Shown here piece after piece: positions 36,601-45,362 of a stretch of 64,000 nucleotides of DNA. The notes beneath the pieces are model-generated. The model saw nothing but the letters and a program-made list of their open reading frames with translations, did not search any database and had not been told where the DNA came from. The translations under genes were made by a program, and so were the position numbers. The stretch comes from an uncultured Anaerolineales bacterium (GTDB lineage Bacteria; Chloroflexota; Anaerolineae; Anaerolineales; UBA11858): assembly GCA_964622645.1 (NCBI GenBank), contig CAZUSV010000005.1, positions 1,122 to 65,121 on the forward strand, in the 5' to 3' direction. Every line of letters starts with the position of its first letter. Positions within the stretch are counted from its first letter, which is position 1.

Positions 36601-37876
36601 CTTCTGAAACATAGTCTAGAATTTGGGTCAGGAGGCGAGCCCGCACTGGGGACCACCAGGATGGGGTTGGGACATGAAAGCTGTTTTTCCACAACTCCCA
36701 ATATGCACTGATCCAGTCATTCGCCAACCCTCTCTGAATAGCGGTTGTCAGAGGATCACCGCTCATCTTGGGGATAATGGCATTGGCTTCCTGGATAATG
36801 CCTGCCAGGGTTTTATAAGATTCGTGAGCCAAATCAGGGGAGATCTCAAGTATCCGTATATAAGTATCCAGATCTCGATTGAGCAGCGCAGCTCGAAATA
36901 CCTTCAAGAGAATGTCTTGCTCGAGATCGACTTGCAGCACTTCCCCATAATCCATCAATTCGCTTTGTAATCGCAGCAGCTCTTTCAAGACATCCCGGTA
37001 TGGACGGTCGCTTATTTGCAGGTTTCTTACCCGGTCAAGTTTATTTCGTAGCCTAGTGCTCTCTACAGCAGATAGGTTCTGAGTTCTGCTTTGAATGATT
37101 GCCATCTGTCGTTGGTTGAACTGATCGCAGTCGCCAAATTGCAGGGACTGAACCATCTCCGGAGCTGCTTGCTGGATAAATAGGCCCAAGATGTCACAAT
37201 ACTGCTGGTGATCATTTTGAGTGGAAAAACGCTGGTCATTGCTGATACCATTTGGGTCCAGAGCTTTGGCGTTACCCCAATTGATGATCGTAAGGCGGCG
37301 ATGGAATGGATCCCAAAATATATTACCAATGTTGATGTTGTTCCAGAGCACACCATAGGATTTCCCCCATCGAAAACGATGAATGTAGTTGAGCAAGCTA
37401 GCGATCCCATCCAGCACCCCCAGTGGCAGCAAAAGCGGCAATCTCCCCTGCTGGGAAATCATGTTGAGATAGTCACGCTCTTGCGATGAATAGTTCTCCA
37501 GCTTCAGCCGTCCTTGCTGGGCGTTGAGCATTGCTTCCAGATCGAAGCCTGCAGCGCGCTCGATAACAATGAAGGTGTTGAGGCTATTTTCGGTTCCCGG
37601 TTGGCTGCGGTCGAGAAGTCTTACAGGCCTTATCTTGCAGTCCAAGACCTGCACATCCACCTGGACATGTGCCATTGCTTCCAGCACGTCCCCCTCGAAT
37701 TGAATTTGGACAAACTGCCTGGGAACATATATACGCTGTCTCGGGCGCTTGACCACCCCTATCTCACCAGTATCTCTTTTTACCAACCAGACTTCTCCAG
37801 CATCGCCCTCACTGACTTGTTTTTGCAGCTGCCAGCGGTGCTTTTGGCCAATGAGTTCTGAATGATAGGGACGCAT
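33629..37876 (-). CDS. Giant receptor-like pseudokinase (1415 aa), tandem paralog of 29291..33595
   Basis: Same architecture and long near-identical blocks, but the catalytic motifs read LWNNINIGNIFWD and IINWGNA. Confidence 0.88.
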   Translation of the reverse strand: MRPYHSELIGQKHRWQLQKQVSEGDAGEVWLVKRDTGEIGVVKRPRQRIYVPRQFVQIQFEGDVLEAMAHVQVDVQVLDCKIRPVRLLDRSQPGTENSLNTFIVIERAAGFDLEAMLNAQQGRLKLENYSSQERDYLNMISQQGRLPLLLPLGVLDGIASLLNYIHRFRWGKSYGVLWNNINIGNIFWDPFHRRLTIINWGNAKALDPNGISNDQRFSTQNDHQQYCDILGLFIQQAAPEMVQSLQFGDCDQFNQRQMAIIQSRTQNLSAVESTRLRNKLDRVRNLQISDRPYRDVLKELLRLQSELMDYGEVLQVDLEQDILLKVFRAALLNRDLDTYIRILEISPDLAHESYKTLAGIIQEANAIIPKMSGDPLTTAIQRGLANDWISAYWELWKNSFHVPTPSWWSPVRARLLTQILDYVSEAPTPLGVLRSICKNLDSEPDRVTAMLDQVIMGWKIIPTRQVTLEHDENTIPTPKSSFEYPEKALISGILEKEYPDDWERFRATLVPAETAASNAALAWSLAEFERLGMALKTWSLHDPDRRLLTTLFYYAVQRAAQWWNNSIKGPGGRGIKDFVGDILETGIDIRWNVAPAQWLDGRLEVLNKLSDVLDRGNFDGIHDIVDAHPDAIEWFPWLSEYLPGVRPSATPPPIDKKPWEAFYDYLQARDYDAAREYLNIGALSGWPAYQDILKTFIEKDATLLEVPPKSDAEVEPLGPTKRLHAFDVTPGDTQYLQVIEVLGVLENWKTWPARDGLSKALEKLKMVSETHPKWAILGGLYQTLNKRWKKSDLADALEREPKENWLSDVVPLSDEVSPVIQPLRNAARLWQEIEYITKTKRWKSTFSSLRSYVQEARKQIEKIRRDAVDKNDLALLLAWETPHAKRLWEQVSSLAEMAARIDSDYWNYFVWWRYVLPVSKKKVKAFLQLLGRLELCLTGAKKRSSEWMKYVDQLQTSGRIPVGHPLQGYPKQKSRSIFFWIMDILIIAVLGLVLFRTTVSELPFIYPVTATETATSTLTYSPTSAPTQTFTPSPTPSPTSIRLTATPSYSLEHCTELVNLASIGSSNAYQELHDKLRGVHYDALRASCRWTTTQLHTLIDAHLLALFSEQAGISNQSLEIATELRNLMTVNYPTISLPDLENSVQVIQYINWMRATLALCSMPTEMTRLQNQTLTQYLDWHEAQFLESDMLYRQMCNADLTTLQSQLSTNAGVVTGTAFDLLAYRDEWSTNTQVCTYRDGSDFVRWRGTGTAQPCTVPNAIVLQLPTWNATSALEMRLCQLLDKSQISSFAFWTSRQNTELGLEFLMQSGRIAGTQMFVSMPGIPPISIESSLTDLNSFSVACENYLVMQPVWVGRLLIWQISDLYSTEYALIGASVWPEHSVSASVSVEFWLELDDDVHLLNSRLSILRGITSE

Positions 37877-38048
37877 GGTAGATTTATCGTTTGGTTATTT
37901 GATCTCTACAGAATATTTGAATCCCATGCGGGTTACCATCAATTGAAACGATACCAATAATTCCGCGTCCCCAATTGGAAGATATAGCCCAAAAGTACTA
38001 CCATTATACATCATAATCTACTTTATTATCGAAATTGCAATGTTCTTC

Positions 38049-38879
38049 TTACGGAATATAAAAATCTCCGTAATACATATACACTCCTGCCAAAACAACC
38101 GCCCCCAACGCAGCCACTCCCAACCACCACGGCCAAGGGCGGATGCCTGGGATATCGTATTTGGTGGGATGTCCACCAGTTTCCAACACCCGGATGCGGT
38201 ATGCCCGGATGGCCCTGCTACCCCACTGGCGACGACCGAAAACCTGCACCCGGTTTCCAAGGCGTACACTGGTGGCACCTTCCTTTTGATATAAAACCAC
38301 GCTGACCGGAGTACCACTGAGTTCATCTTCTACCTGGAGATCTATCATTGGGGCCGTCTTTCTTCCGCGTAAGACGTACAGAATAGGCCCGAATATTCCG
38401 CCTAATAGAGGCACCAGCATTGGCAATAAGCAGAGTGAAAAACCAAAGAATAGCAAAACGATGAACAAAGTCAAAGCAGCCATGAAAGCAGCAGCCAATA
38501 TTCCGATGAAAATCAATACGATCGAGGTGACCACCATTGCCCGCGCTGGATCGAAGGGCAGGCGCGTCTCGCGCGGTGGGTCGGCGATACTCACTCGCCC
38601 CTCAGCCAAAACACGCCCGTGTAAAGACCAGCTTCTATTAGGCTTCTTACCGGTAGGAGGGGAAATGATTTGCCCTCCTACTGGGGGTTGATGTGGAAGA
38701 GCAGGTGGAGAGGCCTCCGGTTGGGTTGGAAATACAACCGGTGATTGCATTTCAGTTGGCGATGGCGCAGGAGAAATGGCCGTGGGAGGCGTCGCAGGGG
38801 TGGGTAGATCTGCCCCACAAACGGCGCAAAAATTAGCCACATCTCGATTCTCGGCACCACACTGAAGGCAATTTTTCAT
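38049..38879 (-). CDS. Zinc-ribbon membrane protein with an unannotated beta-domain interrupted by a TM segment
   Basis: CLQCGAENRDVANFCAVCG, a Pro-rich linker, a long hydrophobic segment and a C-terminal TM. Confidence 0.8.
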   Translation of the reverse strand: MKNCLQCGAENRDVANFCAVCGADLPTPATPPTAISPAPSPTEMQSPVVFPTQPEASPPALPHQPPVGGQIISPPTGKKPNRSWSLHGRVLAEGRVSIADPPRETRLPFDPARAMVVTSIVLIFIGILAAAFMAALTLFIVLLFFGFSLCLLPMLVPLLGGIFGPILYVLRGRKTAPMIDLQVEDELSGTPVSVVLYQKEGATSVRLGNRVQVFGRRQWGSRAIRAYRIRVLETGGHPTKYDIPGIRPWPWWLGVAALGAVVLAGVYMYYGDFYIP

Positions 38880-38903
38880 GGTAATTTCTCCATACGCAAA
38901 ACT

Positions 38904-40508
38904 CTACGGCATTCGTCGGAATCCCGTCTGTCGCAAATTGAGATATTGGTGATACATATCCCCAAAAAACCAGCCAATTGCTGCCACAAATGATGCCCCC
39001 ACCCATAGCCAGAATTGTAAACCAAAACCAAACGATAATTCATATAGCAGCCCTGTAGCAACCACAGCCATCCCACAATACCAAGTTAGTTCCGTTTTCC
39101 ATTCTTCCCATCCCGTCAGGCTTTTTATTCTTTCAAGCATCATCAACCAGATTTCAATGAATCCTCCGCTAAGCATTGCCCCCAGGAATAAGCCACTAAA
39201 ATGAGAAAAATCTCCTCCAGTTCTCAGGTTGATTGTAAGATTTCCAACCAATGCTAATACCACGTGAGTCACAGAGGCTACCCAGCGACGGGGGATTGCA
39301 GCATGTGCTAGAGGCGCCACCAAGGAAATCAGAGGCACATAGGTCCATATCAATGGGTACCTTTTGAGAGTTGGCGTCAGCCACCATAACCCCACAACGG
39401 TAATAATCACTATGACGCCTAAAGCCAGAGCCAATTGCTTGGACGAAAGCCCTGCCGCAGCTTGAATCAGCCGTGTCGTTGGCCGCGAAGTTTTGGGCGG
39501 TGACTGACCTCTTGCTACCATTGGAGAATGCGAAACCCCCATTTGTTGGGACTGAGAGGTGGCCATATGCGTTTTGGTAAGTTCATTCTTGAAAGTAGCC
39601 ACATCCGGCCAGCGTTTGGCGCGCTCATTTTCGAGGCCGCGCATCAAAATTCGCTCCCACTCAGGAGATACTGCTGGATTTAACGTTCGAATATTGGGGA
39701 AATGCCAAGGTGTGGAAGTCGGGTCGTGACCGGTGAGTAATTCGTAAATGACTACTGAAAGCGAATAGAGATCACTGCGAGGGTCGGTTTGTCCACTTTG
39801 AGCTTCTGGTGCTGCATATCCTTTTGTCCCAATGGCCTGGGTATCTTTCTTTTTGCCAGGCTTAAAAAAGCGTACAATCCCAAAGTCAATCAGTTTGATA
39901 TTCCCATTGGGGAGCAGCATAATATTTGCGGGTTTCAAATCACGGAAGATAACTGGCGGTGATTGGCGATGTATGAAACTAAGTGCATCACATAGCTGTT
40001 CCACCCAGGGGAGAATCTCTCCTTCGGTGAAGGGATGTCCACGTTGAGCCAGGGCTGTTTCTAACGTCTGGCCATGGATATACTCCATCACCAGGTATTG
40101 CCGGCCTCCTTCAGCAAACCAATCGAAAACTCTAGGCAGAGTCTTATGGTTGAATCCTGCTAATAAAGTAGCTTCTTGATGGAATGCCTGCACCGCCTGT
40201 AAGCGCTCCTGAGGATCGGTAATCATGCTCTCACTCATCTCTTTGACAGCACGCAACTGGCCAGGTAGACGCGTATCCGCTACCTGGTATATTGCCGACA
40301 TACCGCCCTCACCCACCTTTTTTATGATGGCATAGCGATTGTTGAGCACTGTATGGGGCAGCAAACGCCCTGTCAAACCTGGCGTTGGCGTGGAGGATTG
40401 GCCGAACGGCGGATTCGCAATCCCAGGCAATGTCTTCCCTGTCACCGGGCAGAATTTAGCCGTTCCCCGGTGTAGCTGGCTGCAATATGGGCAGGTGAAG
40501 GTGGTCAT
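38904..40508 (-). CDS. Ser/Thr kinase with N-terminal zinc-ribbon-like motif and multi-TM C-terminus
   Basis: CPYC...FCPVTG, GEGGMS, AVKEM, FRDLKPAN, DFGIVR and GTKGYAAPE, then about 6-7 TM helices. Confidence 0.93.
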   Translation of the reverse strand: MTTFTCPYCSQLHRGTAKFCPVTGKTLPGIANPPFGQSSTPTPGLTGRLLPHTVLNNRYAIIKKVGEGGMSAIYQVADTRLPGQLRAVKEMSESMITDPQERLQAVQAFHQEATLLAGFNHKTLPRVFDWFAEGGRQYLVMEYIHGQTLETALAQRGHPFTEGEILPWVEQLCDALSFIHRQSPPVIFRDLKPANIMLLPNGNIKLIDFGIVRFFKPGKKKDTQAIGTKGYAAPEAQSGQTDPRSDLYSLSVVIYELLTGHDPTSTPWHFPNIRTLNPAVSPEWERILMRGLENERAKRWPDVATFKNELTKTHMATSQSQQMGVSHSPMVARGQSPPKTSRPTTRLIQAAAGLSSKQLALALGVIVIITVVGLWWLTPTLKRYPLIWTYVPLISLVAPLAHAAIPRRWVASVTHVVLALVGNLTINLRTGGDFSHFSGLFLGAMLSGGFIEIWLMMLERIKSLTGWEEWKTELTWYCGMAVVATGLLYELSFGFGLQFWLWVGASFVAAIGWFFGDMYHQYLNLRQTGFRRMP

Positions 40509-40516
40509 ATTGGACT

Positions 40517-41416
40517 CTATTTCTTCTTGATTTGGAAAGATGTATCTGTCTCGTAGTTATAAGCAGTTTCCACCAATACCACGCCACCTTTGGCAGGCCC
40601 CCACACAGCAACTGCATCACCCAAGTTGATATTCCCCGTGATCTCTCCCAAGGCCTTCGCATCCACCAGTCGCCCGCTGCGATGATCTTCGATACGCAGA
40701 TCGCGTGCGGGCATATCGCTGCCCTGGATAAAGGGTAAAAATGCCAATCCTGGAGAAACAAGCAGTCCCAAAGCCGCGGCAGCAAACCCCTTTTTGAGTA
40801 AATCATCTTTCTTGACCATATAACGCTCGGAGATGTGCTGCACATACCCCTCTGCGGTGGGTTGCCGTTTCCACACCCGCCATCCTCCCCGAGGAGATTG
40901 GGAAGCCGGTCCCGCCGGTATGATGGGGGCTGGCTGTACGGGACCGGGAGCTGGAAGGTTGGAAATAGGTGCCACTCCCGGTAGATCAATCGTGAAAGTT
41001 GTCTGCCCAACAATAATTTGATCGCCTGGCGATACCAGGGTGGGAGCCTGAACACGCACCCCGTTGACAAATGTACCATTCGAACTACCCAGATCGGTAA
41101 GCAACCAATTCCCCCCGCTCTCTTCTAGGCGGGCATGCAGGCGGGAAACTTGCGTATCATTGGGCAGCACTACCTGGCATTGATCTTCATCGCGTCCGAT
41201 GATCGTAGAAGAAGCCAGGGATATCCTCTGCCCACCGGCCAGCACGATTTCACCAACAGCGGAGGAGGAGGGCATCAACATAGTCGGGTCAAGACGCTTT
41301 GGGCTAGAGCCCGCTAGTGCCGGGGGTGGGCTAACCGGCAGGCTGCTTCCGCACACCTTACAAAACTTGGAATTTGGCCTGCATTGAGCGCCACAATTAA
41401 TACAATTAATGGTCAT
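40517..41416 (-). CDS. Zinc ribbon, FHA and unannotated C-terminal domain protein
   Basis: CINCG...FCKVCG, then a canonical FHA (IIGRD...VSRLHA...DLGSSNGTFVNG). Confidence 0.9.
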   Translation of the reverse strand: MTINCINCGAQCRPNSKFCKVCGSSLPVSPPPALAGSSPKRLDPTMLMPSSSAVGEIVLAGGQRISLASSTIIGRDEDQCQVVLPNDTQVSRLHARLEESGGNWLLTDLGSSNGTFVNGVRVQAPTLVSPGDQIIVGQTTFTIDLPGVAPISNLPAPGPVQPAPIIPAGPASQSPRGGWRVWKRQPTAEGYVQHISERYMVKKDDLLKKGFAAAALGLLVSPGLAFLPFIQGSDMPARDLRIEDHRSGRLVDAKALGEITGNINLGDAVAVWGPAKGGVVLVETAYNYETDTSFQIKKK

Positions 41417-41419
41417 ATT

Positions 41420-42715
41420 TCATGGCATCGTAATTGTCAACCAATCCACCCAGCCATAGCCGCTCAGGGTGATGCGGCCAACCGAATCAGGAGGCAAAGA
41501 GAAAGAAATGCCAGAACAATCATCTTGTCTCATTCCATCCACAAAAAAATCAACGGCTATCCCTTCATCAGCTTCTACGACCTCAAGTTGGTAAGTAAGA
41601 AAATTGGTATCATGGATTGGTAAATCGCAACCGCGATTGCGATGATAAAGGCTGATCTTTCCATCACCAACATTTAGATGTAGAGGACCCAATTCATGAG
41701 GAGGGCGCATCTCTAAACCAGGAAACCAATCGAGATACAAGATATGGTTGGAATCCATTCCAGTCACCTTGGCGTGAAACTCAATCAGAACTCCCGTGTA
41801 TAGACGGATTGGTTCTTTGGCGGTGAGCAGAGCCTGCTCGAAACCCTGCCCACTCAATTCCAAAAATCCCAGTTCGGCATTGACTTCGGGGAACGGTGGC
41901 TCTCCCCATACATCCCACTGCCTCTCGAGGTCACCTTCAAAATTATCTTCGAAGGAAACAGGAGCAGGTGCTGCATCATCGGATGCTTGGTCAGCAGTCG
42001 ACTCAGATGTCGGCGGAGCAGTTTCATCTGTCGCAGTTGGCAAGGGTGCTTCTGTTGGTTGTTCTGTTGCTGTGGGTAGCTGCGGAGGCGAAGTAGGCGA
42101 CTCAGCTTGCAGCCTTGGGCCGGGTTTGGGCGTTTCAGCTTCTCCTGACACCTCCCCAATAGCAGATTCTTCCATCGCACTGATAGTGGGGCTAGGCGTA
42201 GCTCTAGACTCAAAGCCAACATTCCAAACAATCAGCCCTAATGTGACACAAAGCACCACCGATCCAATTAGAACCAGTAATTTCATCCACAGCGGCACCT
42301 GGGCTAACTGCTGTCGTAACTGGGGGAAAAACTTGTCCCGCTGGGGAGGAGGTTGTTGAGGATCCTGGTCTATCGGTGGAATAGGTGATGGCGGCTTTGG
42401 TAGTACGGGAGGTTGAACAGACGGCGTGACGTGGGCCGCAATCTCCTTGCCGCAAGAGGCGCAGAATTTCACGCCGGTGCGCACTGTCCGACCGCAATGG
42501 GGGCATGCATTACCTGCTCCTCCGGCAGGCACCTCAGGAGGTTTGGAAGGCGGTGCAGGTGCCACAGGGGGAGGAGAATCGCCTGCTGTTGGTATAGGTG
42601 GTTTCTCTTTACTCATGTCCTGCCCGCAGAATCCACAGAACTGCGCACCGGGACGATTTGTCTTTCCACAATGTGGACATTGAGCGTTCATAGAATTGCT
42701 CCTCTCCTCACTCAT
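41420..42715 (-). CDS. Double zinc ribbon, TM, extracellular ConA/LamG-like beta-sandwich protein
   Basis: Two CPHCG...FCxxCG motifs, Pro-rich linkers, a TM, then FEDNFEG...DFFVDG...GRITLSG...VDWLTI. Confidence 0.8.
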   Translation of the reverse strand: MSEERSNSMNAQCPHCGKTNRPGAQFCGFCGQDMSKEKPPIPTAGDSPPPVAPAPPSKPPEVPAGGAGNACPHCGRTVRTGVKFCASCGKEIAAHVTPSVQPPVLPKPPSPIPPIDQDPQQPPPQRDKFFPQLRQQLAQVPLWMKLLVLIGSVVLCVTLGLIVWNVGFESRATPSPTISAMEESAIGEVSGEAETPKPGPRLQAESPTSPPQLPTATEQPTEAPLPTATDETAPPTSESTADQASDDAAPAPVSFEDNFEGDLERQWDVWGEPPFPEVNAELGFLELSGQGFEQALLTAKEPIRLYTGVLIEFHAKVTGMDSNHILYLDWFPGLEMRPPHELGPLHLNVGDGKISLYHRNRGCDLPIHDTNFLTYQLEVVEADEGIAVDFFVDGMRQDDCSGISFSLPPDSVGRITLSGYGWVDWLTITMP

Positions 42716-43667
42716 CGAGGATTACTGTATAGCTGATCTCACCAAAACGGACGATTGAGCCGTTTCGTATGGCGTTGGTCCCTTCTACCTGTCGCTCTGT
42801 ATCGAGATCACCGTTGAAACTGACAAATGTGCCATTCAGGCTCTCTAAGTCCTTGATTGCCCAATAGTTATCCACCCGGCTGATCTCGGCATGTTTGCGG
42901 GAAATCGATGGATGATTAATGGTAAGATCACACTGCGGATCGCGTCCTATAGAGACCAATCCGCGCTCAATATGAAAAACTTTCAATATTGGGTCTGCCA
43001 CTCTAGGGGCCAACATCCGGGATAACGGCGGCTGGATATCTCCCTCAAGCTTCATCGTATCACGACCACCTGGCGGTGGTTCAATATGCCATTGGGTTAA
43101 TTTCAGCAGCCTAGGGATCGTCTGCAATTCTTTCTTGGTAAAATTCAAACCAGTCACTGTGCGGATCGGTAATGCGGTGCGGAATTTTTCTAGGCCCACT
43201 GCTTGTACTGGATGATCGCCAATATCAATTTCGCTATCAGGATGAAGGGTAGGATAAAATACTGCATACAAAAGTGGGCGATACCGATTCCAATTACGCT
43301 TTCTGCCCGAGATGCTGTCAAGGTCTTCTTGCTTTTGCTCACACCATCCCGTCCAATCATAGCTGCATTGGATTACTTGTTTGTAAGGATTGGTAAAGGT
43401 TAACTCTTCACCATCGCTCAGAACAGATTTCCACTCCTTTTCATTCTTGCCACCCACAACCTTTTCCCAATACTTTTTCACTTCAACGAGAAATATACCT
43501 TCTCGTTTTATGATAACTAAATCCGTTTCGTGTCCCTCTCCAGCGCAGAAATTACACATCATTACGTAGTGTTCTTTTTTTGATTTTAGAAAATCATAAA
43601 GTTCAACAAGCACATCTTGCTCGCCAGAATTTTTCGGTTTATTGCCATACCAGAGTTCAACAGTCAT
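42708..43667 (-). CDS. NERD (PD-(D/E)xK) nuclease-FHA fusion
   Basis: GEQDV...ETDLVIIKREGIFLVEVKKY...NPYKQV is the NERD signature. IGRDPQCD...ISRKHA...DLESLNGTFV is an intact FHA. Confidence 0.9.
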   Translation of the reverse strand: MTVELWYGNKPKNSGEQDVLVELYDFLKSKKEHYVMMCNFCAGEGHETDLVIIKREGIFLVEVKKYWEKVVGGKNEKEWKSVLSDGEELTFTNPYKQVIQCSYDWTGWCEQKQEDLDSISGRKRNWNRYRPLLYAVFYPTLHPDSEIDIGDHPVQAVGLEKFRTALPIRTVTGLNFTKKELQTIPRLLKLTQWHIEPPPGGRDTMKLEGDIQPPLSRMLAPRVADPILKVFHIERGLVSIGRDPQCDLTINHPSISRKHAEISRVDNYWAIKDLESLNGTFVSFNGDLDTERQVEGTNAIRNGSIVRFGEISYTVILDE

Positions 43668-43722
43668 AATTACCTCCTCATAAGCCGATCACTTTTCAAG
43701 ATTTAGATTCCAAGGGCAAAGT

Positions 43723-43992
43723 TTATCGCTTGCTCAGGGCAGCTCGTAAGGCCAGCAGCAGGGTAATGACCACACCAATCAGTAATCCCACCAGACGAGC
43801 TGAAGTTTCCTCCAGCAAAGTTGGGTCTTTCCACAGCGACCAGGTCACCAACATTCCTCCTGCCGCGGCAAAGATAGCTTTGGTTTTGCGAACGCTATAG
43901 TCGCCGCTGGAAAAAACAACATCTAACGCCAGGTAGACGGCTCCAAAGGCGAGCAGGCCAATTGCTAGGGCAGGGAGTAAGTCTGTCGTCAT
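43723..43992 (-). CDS. Small 3-TM membrane protein
   Basis: 89 aa, hydrophobic, co-oriented within the cluster. Confidence 0.65.
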   Translation of the reverse strand: MTTDLLPALAIGLLAFGAVYLALDVVFSSGDYSVRKTKAIFAAAGGMLVTWSLWKDPTLLEETSARLVGLLIGVVITLLLALRAALSKR

Positions 43993-44054
43993 TCTTTTTC
44001 TAAGTTTGGTAAAGTTTTAGACTCATCGTTTGCCAAGTAATGGAGTTGTTCTTT

Positions 44055-45362
44055 TCAGAATCGATATCCACACTTCGAGCAGAACTTAGCCCCGGGCCGG
44101 GTAGTCTGCCCACAGTTTGGACAATGCATTTCATCCCCCAACTGAACATCATTTACCGATTGACCACAACCTTGGCAGAACTTCGCGCTAGGTCGCATAG
44201 ACTCACCACAACGGGCGCATCGAATTATTATTCCATCTTGGACGTATGGAGGTCGTCGTAATCCACCAAATAGAGCCGGTATGACCACTGCCAAGAGCAA
44301 CGGTGTCAGCAGGATTGCACCCACAAGCAAGTCAGATTCGATGTGAAGCAAGTGCTCTTCTACATAGGTACCTGTAGCGGTAATGCCTGTAGCATTTTCA
44401 CCGCCTTCATCCACATCACCAGCTGTGCTAGCCTCGACGACTGTCACCTGGATATCCCGCCGGGTGCCATCGTAGGTCGGACGCGGGCTTTCATAGGTCA
44501 ACACGTATTCTCCCTGCGTCTGGCGGGCTAAGGTTTGGTAGAGTTCTGCCAGTTGGTCGGCGGTGGGACGGTGATAATACTCACCACCTGTTTGGGTGGC
44601 AATTCGTGTCAGGCGGCCTTCGTCATAGCCCTCGGCACCTAAATTGGCTGCTGGCTCTAATCCCAGGGCAATCGAATAAACTGGCGTTTCAGTTCTTTGG
44701 ATTTTCGACAGCGCTTCTTCGAAAGAGTGATAGCTGCCATATCCCATCATATTGTGCAACCACCAATCTTCACGGCAATCCATGCCGTCGGATAGCAGAA
44801 TCAGACTTTTGCGCCCGGAGAGAGTGACCGTCAGATCAGCAGCTATGTAGACAGCTTCGTACCAGGATGTGCAATCCCCTGGGGTTAATGGGTCAATCTT
44901 CCCTTTTAAAACTGTCTTGTCGTTAGTGTAATCCTGGATCAGGTTTACACCATTATCAAAGGCCATAATTGCAGCCTGATCTTGCTCGCGCATTTGCTCA
45001 ATGAAGGTATAAGCAGCAGTTTTAGCACCCTCCATTTTGCCTTCAGCACCCATACTGCCGCTTTTGTCAATCAGAAGCAGGGTACGGATGGGTTCGTAAT
45101 TGACTCCGCTGAAGGCAATGATACCCACGGATTTACCATCCTCGGTAATTCTGAAATTCTCCTGGGTCAAGCTCTCGACACGCGCGCCAGAGGCATCCAA
45201 CACACGCACATAAACTGTCACCTGGGGATAAGCCGAATTATCCACCTGGGCAATTTCGACGCTAGCGATTTCGTCCACGGGAGATTGAGCGCGGACTGTT
45301 TCTCCTCTCGCGACGAAGATTATTAGAAATAGAATAAGGAATAAATATAGGTAAGATTTCAT
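44055..45362 (-). CDS. Signal peptide-vWA-TM-double zinc ribbon protein (copy 4)
   Basis: Signal ending RAQSPVDE, MIDAS DKSGS, LLSDG, SPRPTYDGTRRDI, TM, and two CxxCG...FCxxCG motifs. Confidence 0.92.
   Translation of the reverse strand: MKSYLYLFLILFLIIFVARGETVRAQSPVDEIASVEIAQVDNSAYPQVTVYVRVLDASGARVESLTQENFRITEDGKSVGIIAFSGVNYEPIRTLLLIDKSGSMGAEGKMEGAKTAAYTFIEQMREQDQAAIMAFDNGVNLIQDYTNDKTVLKGKIDPLTPGDCTSWYEAVYIAADLTVTLSGRKSLILLSDGMDCREDWWLHNMMGYGSYHSFEEALSKIQRTETPVYSIALGLEPAANLGAEGYDEGRLTRIATQTGGEYYHRPTADQLAELYQTLARQTQGEYVLTYESPRPTYDGTRRDIQVTVVEASTAGDVDEGGENATGITATGTYVEEHLLHIESDLLVGAILLTPLLLAVVIPALFGGLRRPPYVQDGIIIRCARCGESMRPSAKFCQGCGQSVNDVQLGDEMHCPNCGQTTRPGAKFCSKCGYRF

Noticed and set aside
33629-37876. 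Pseudogene or assembly duplication of the giant kinase
   Set aside because: The ORF is intact for 1415 aa, has many substitutions relative to its paralog and has a distinct ectodomain.
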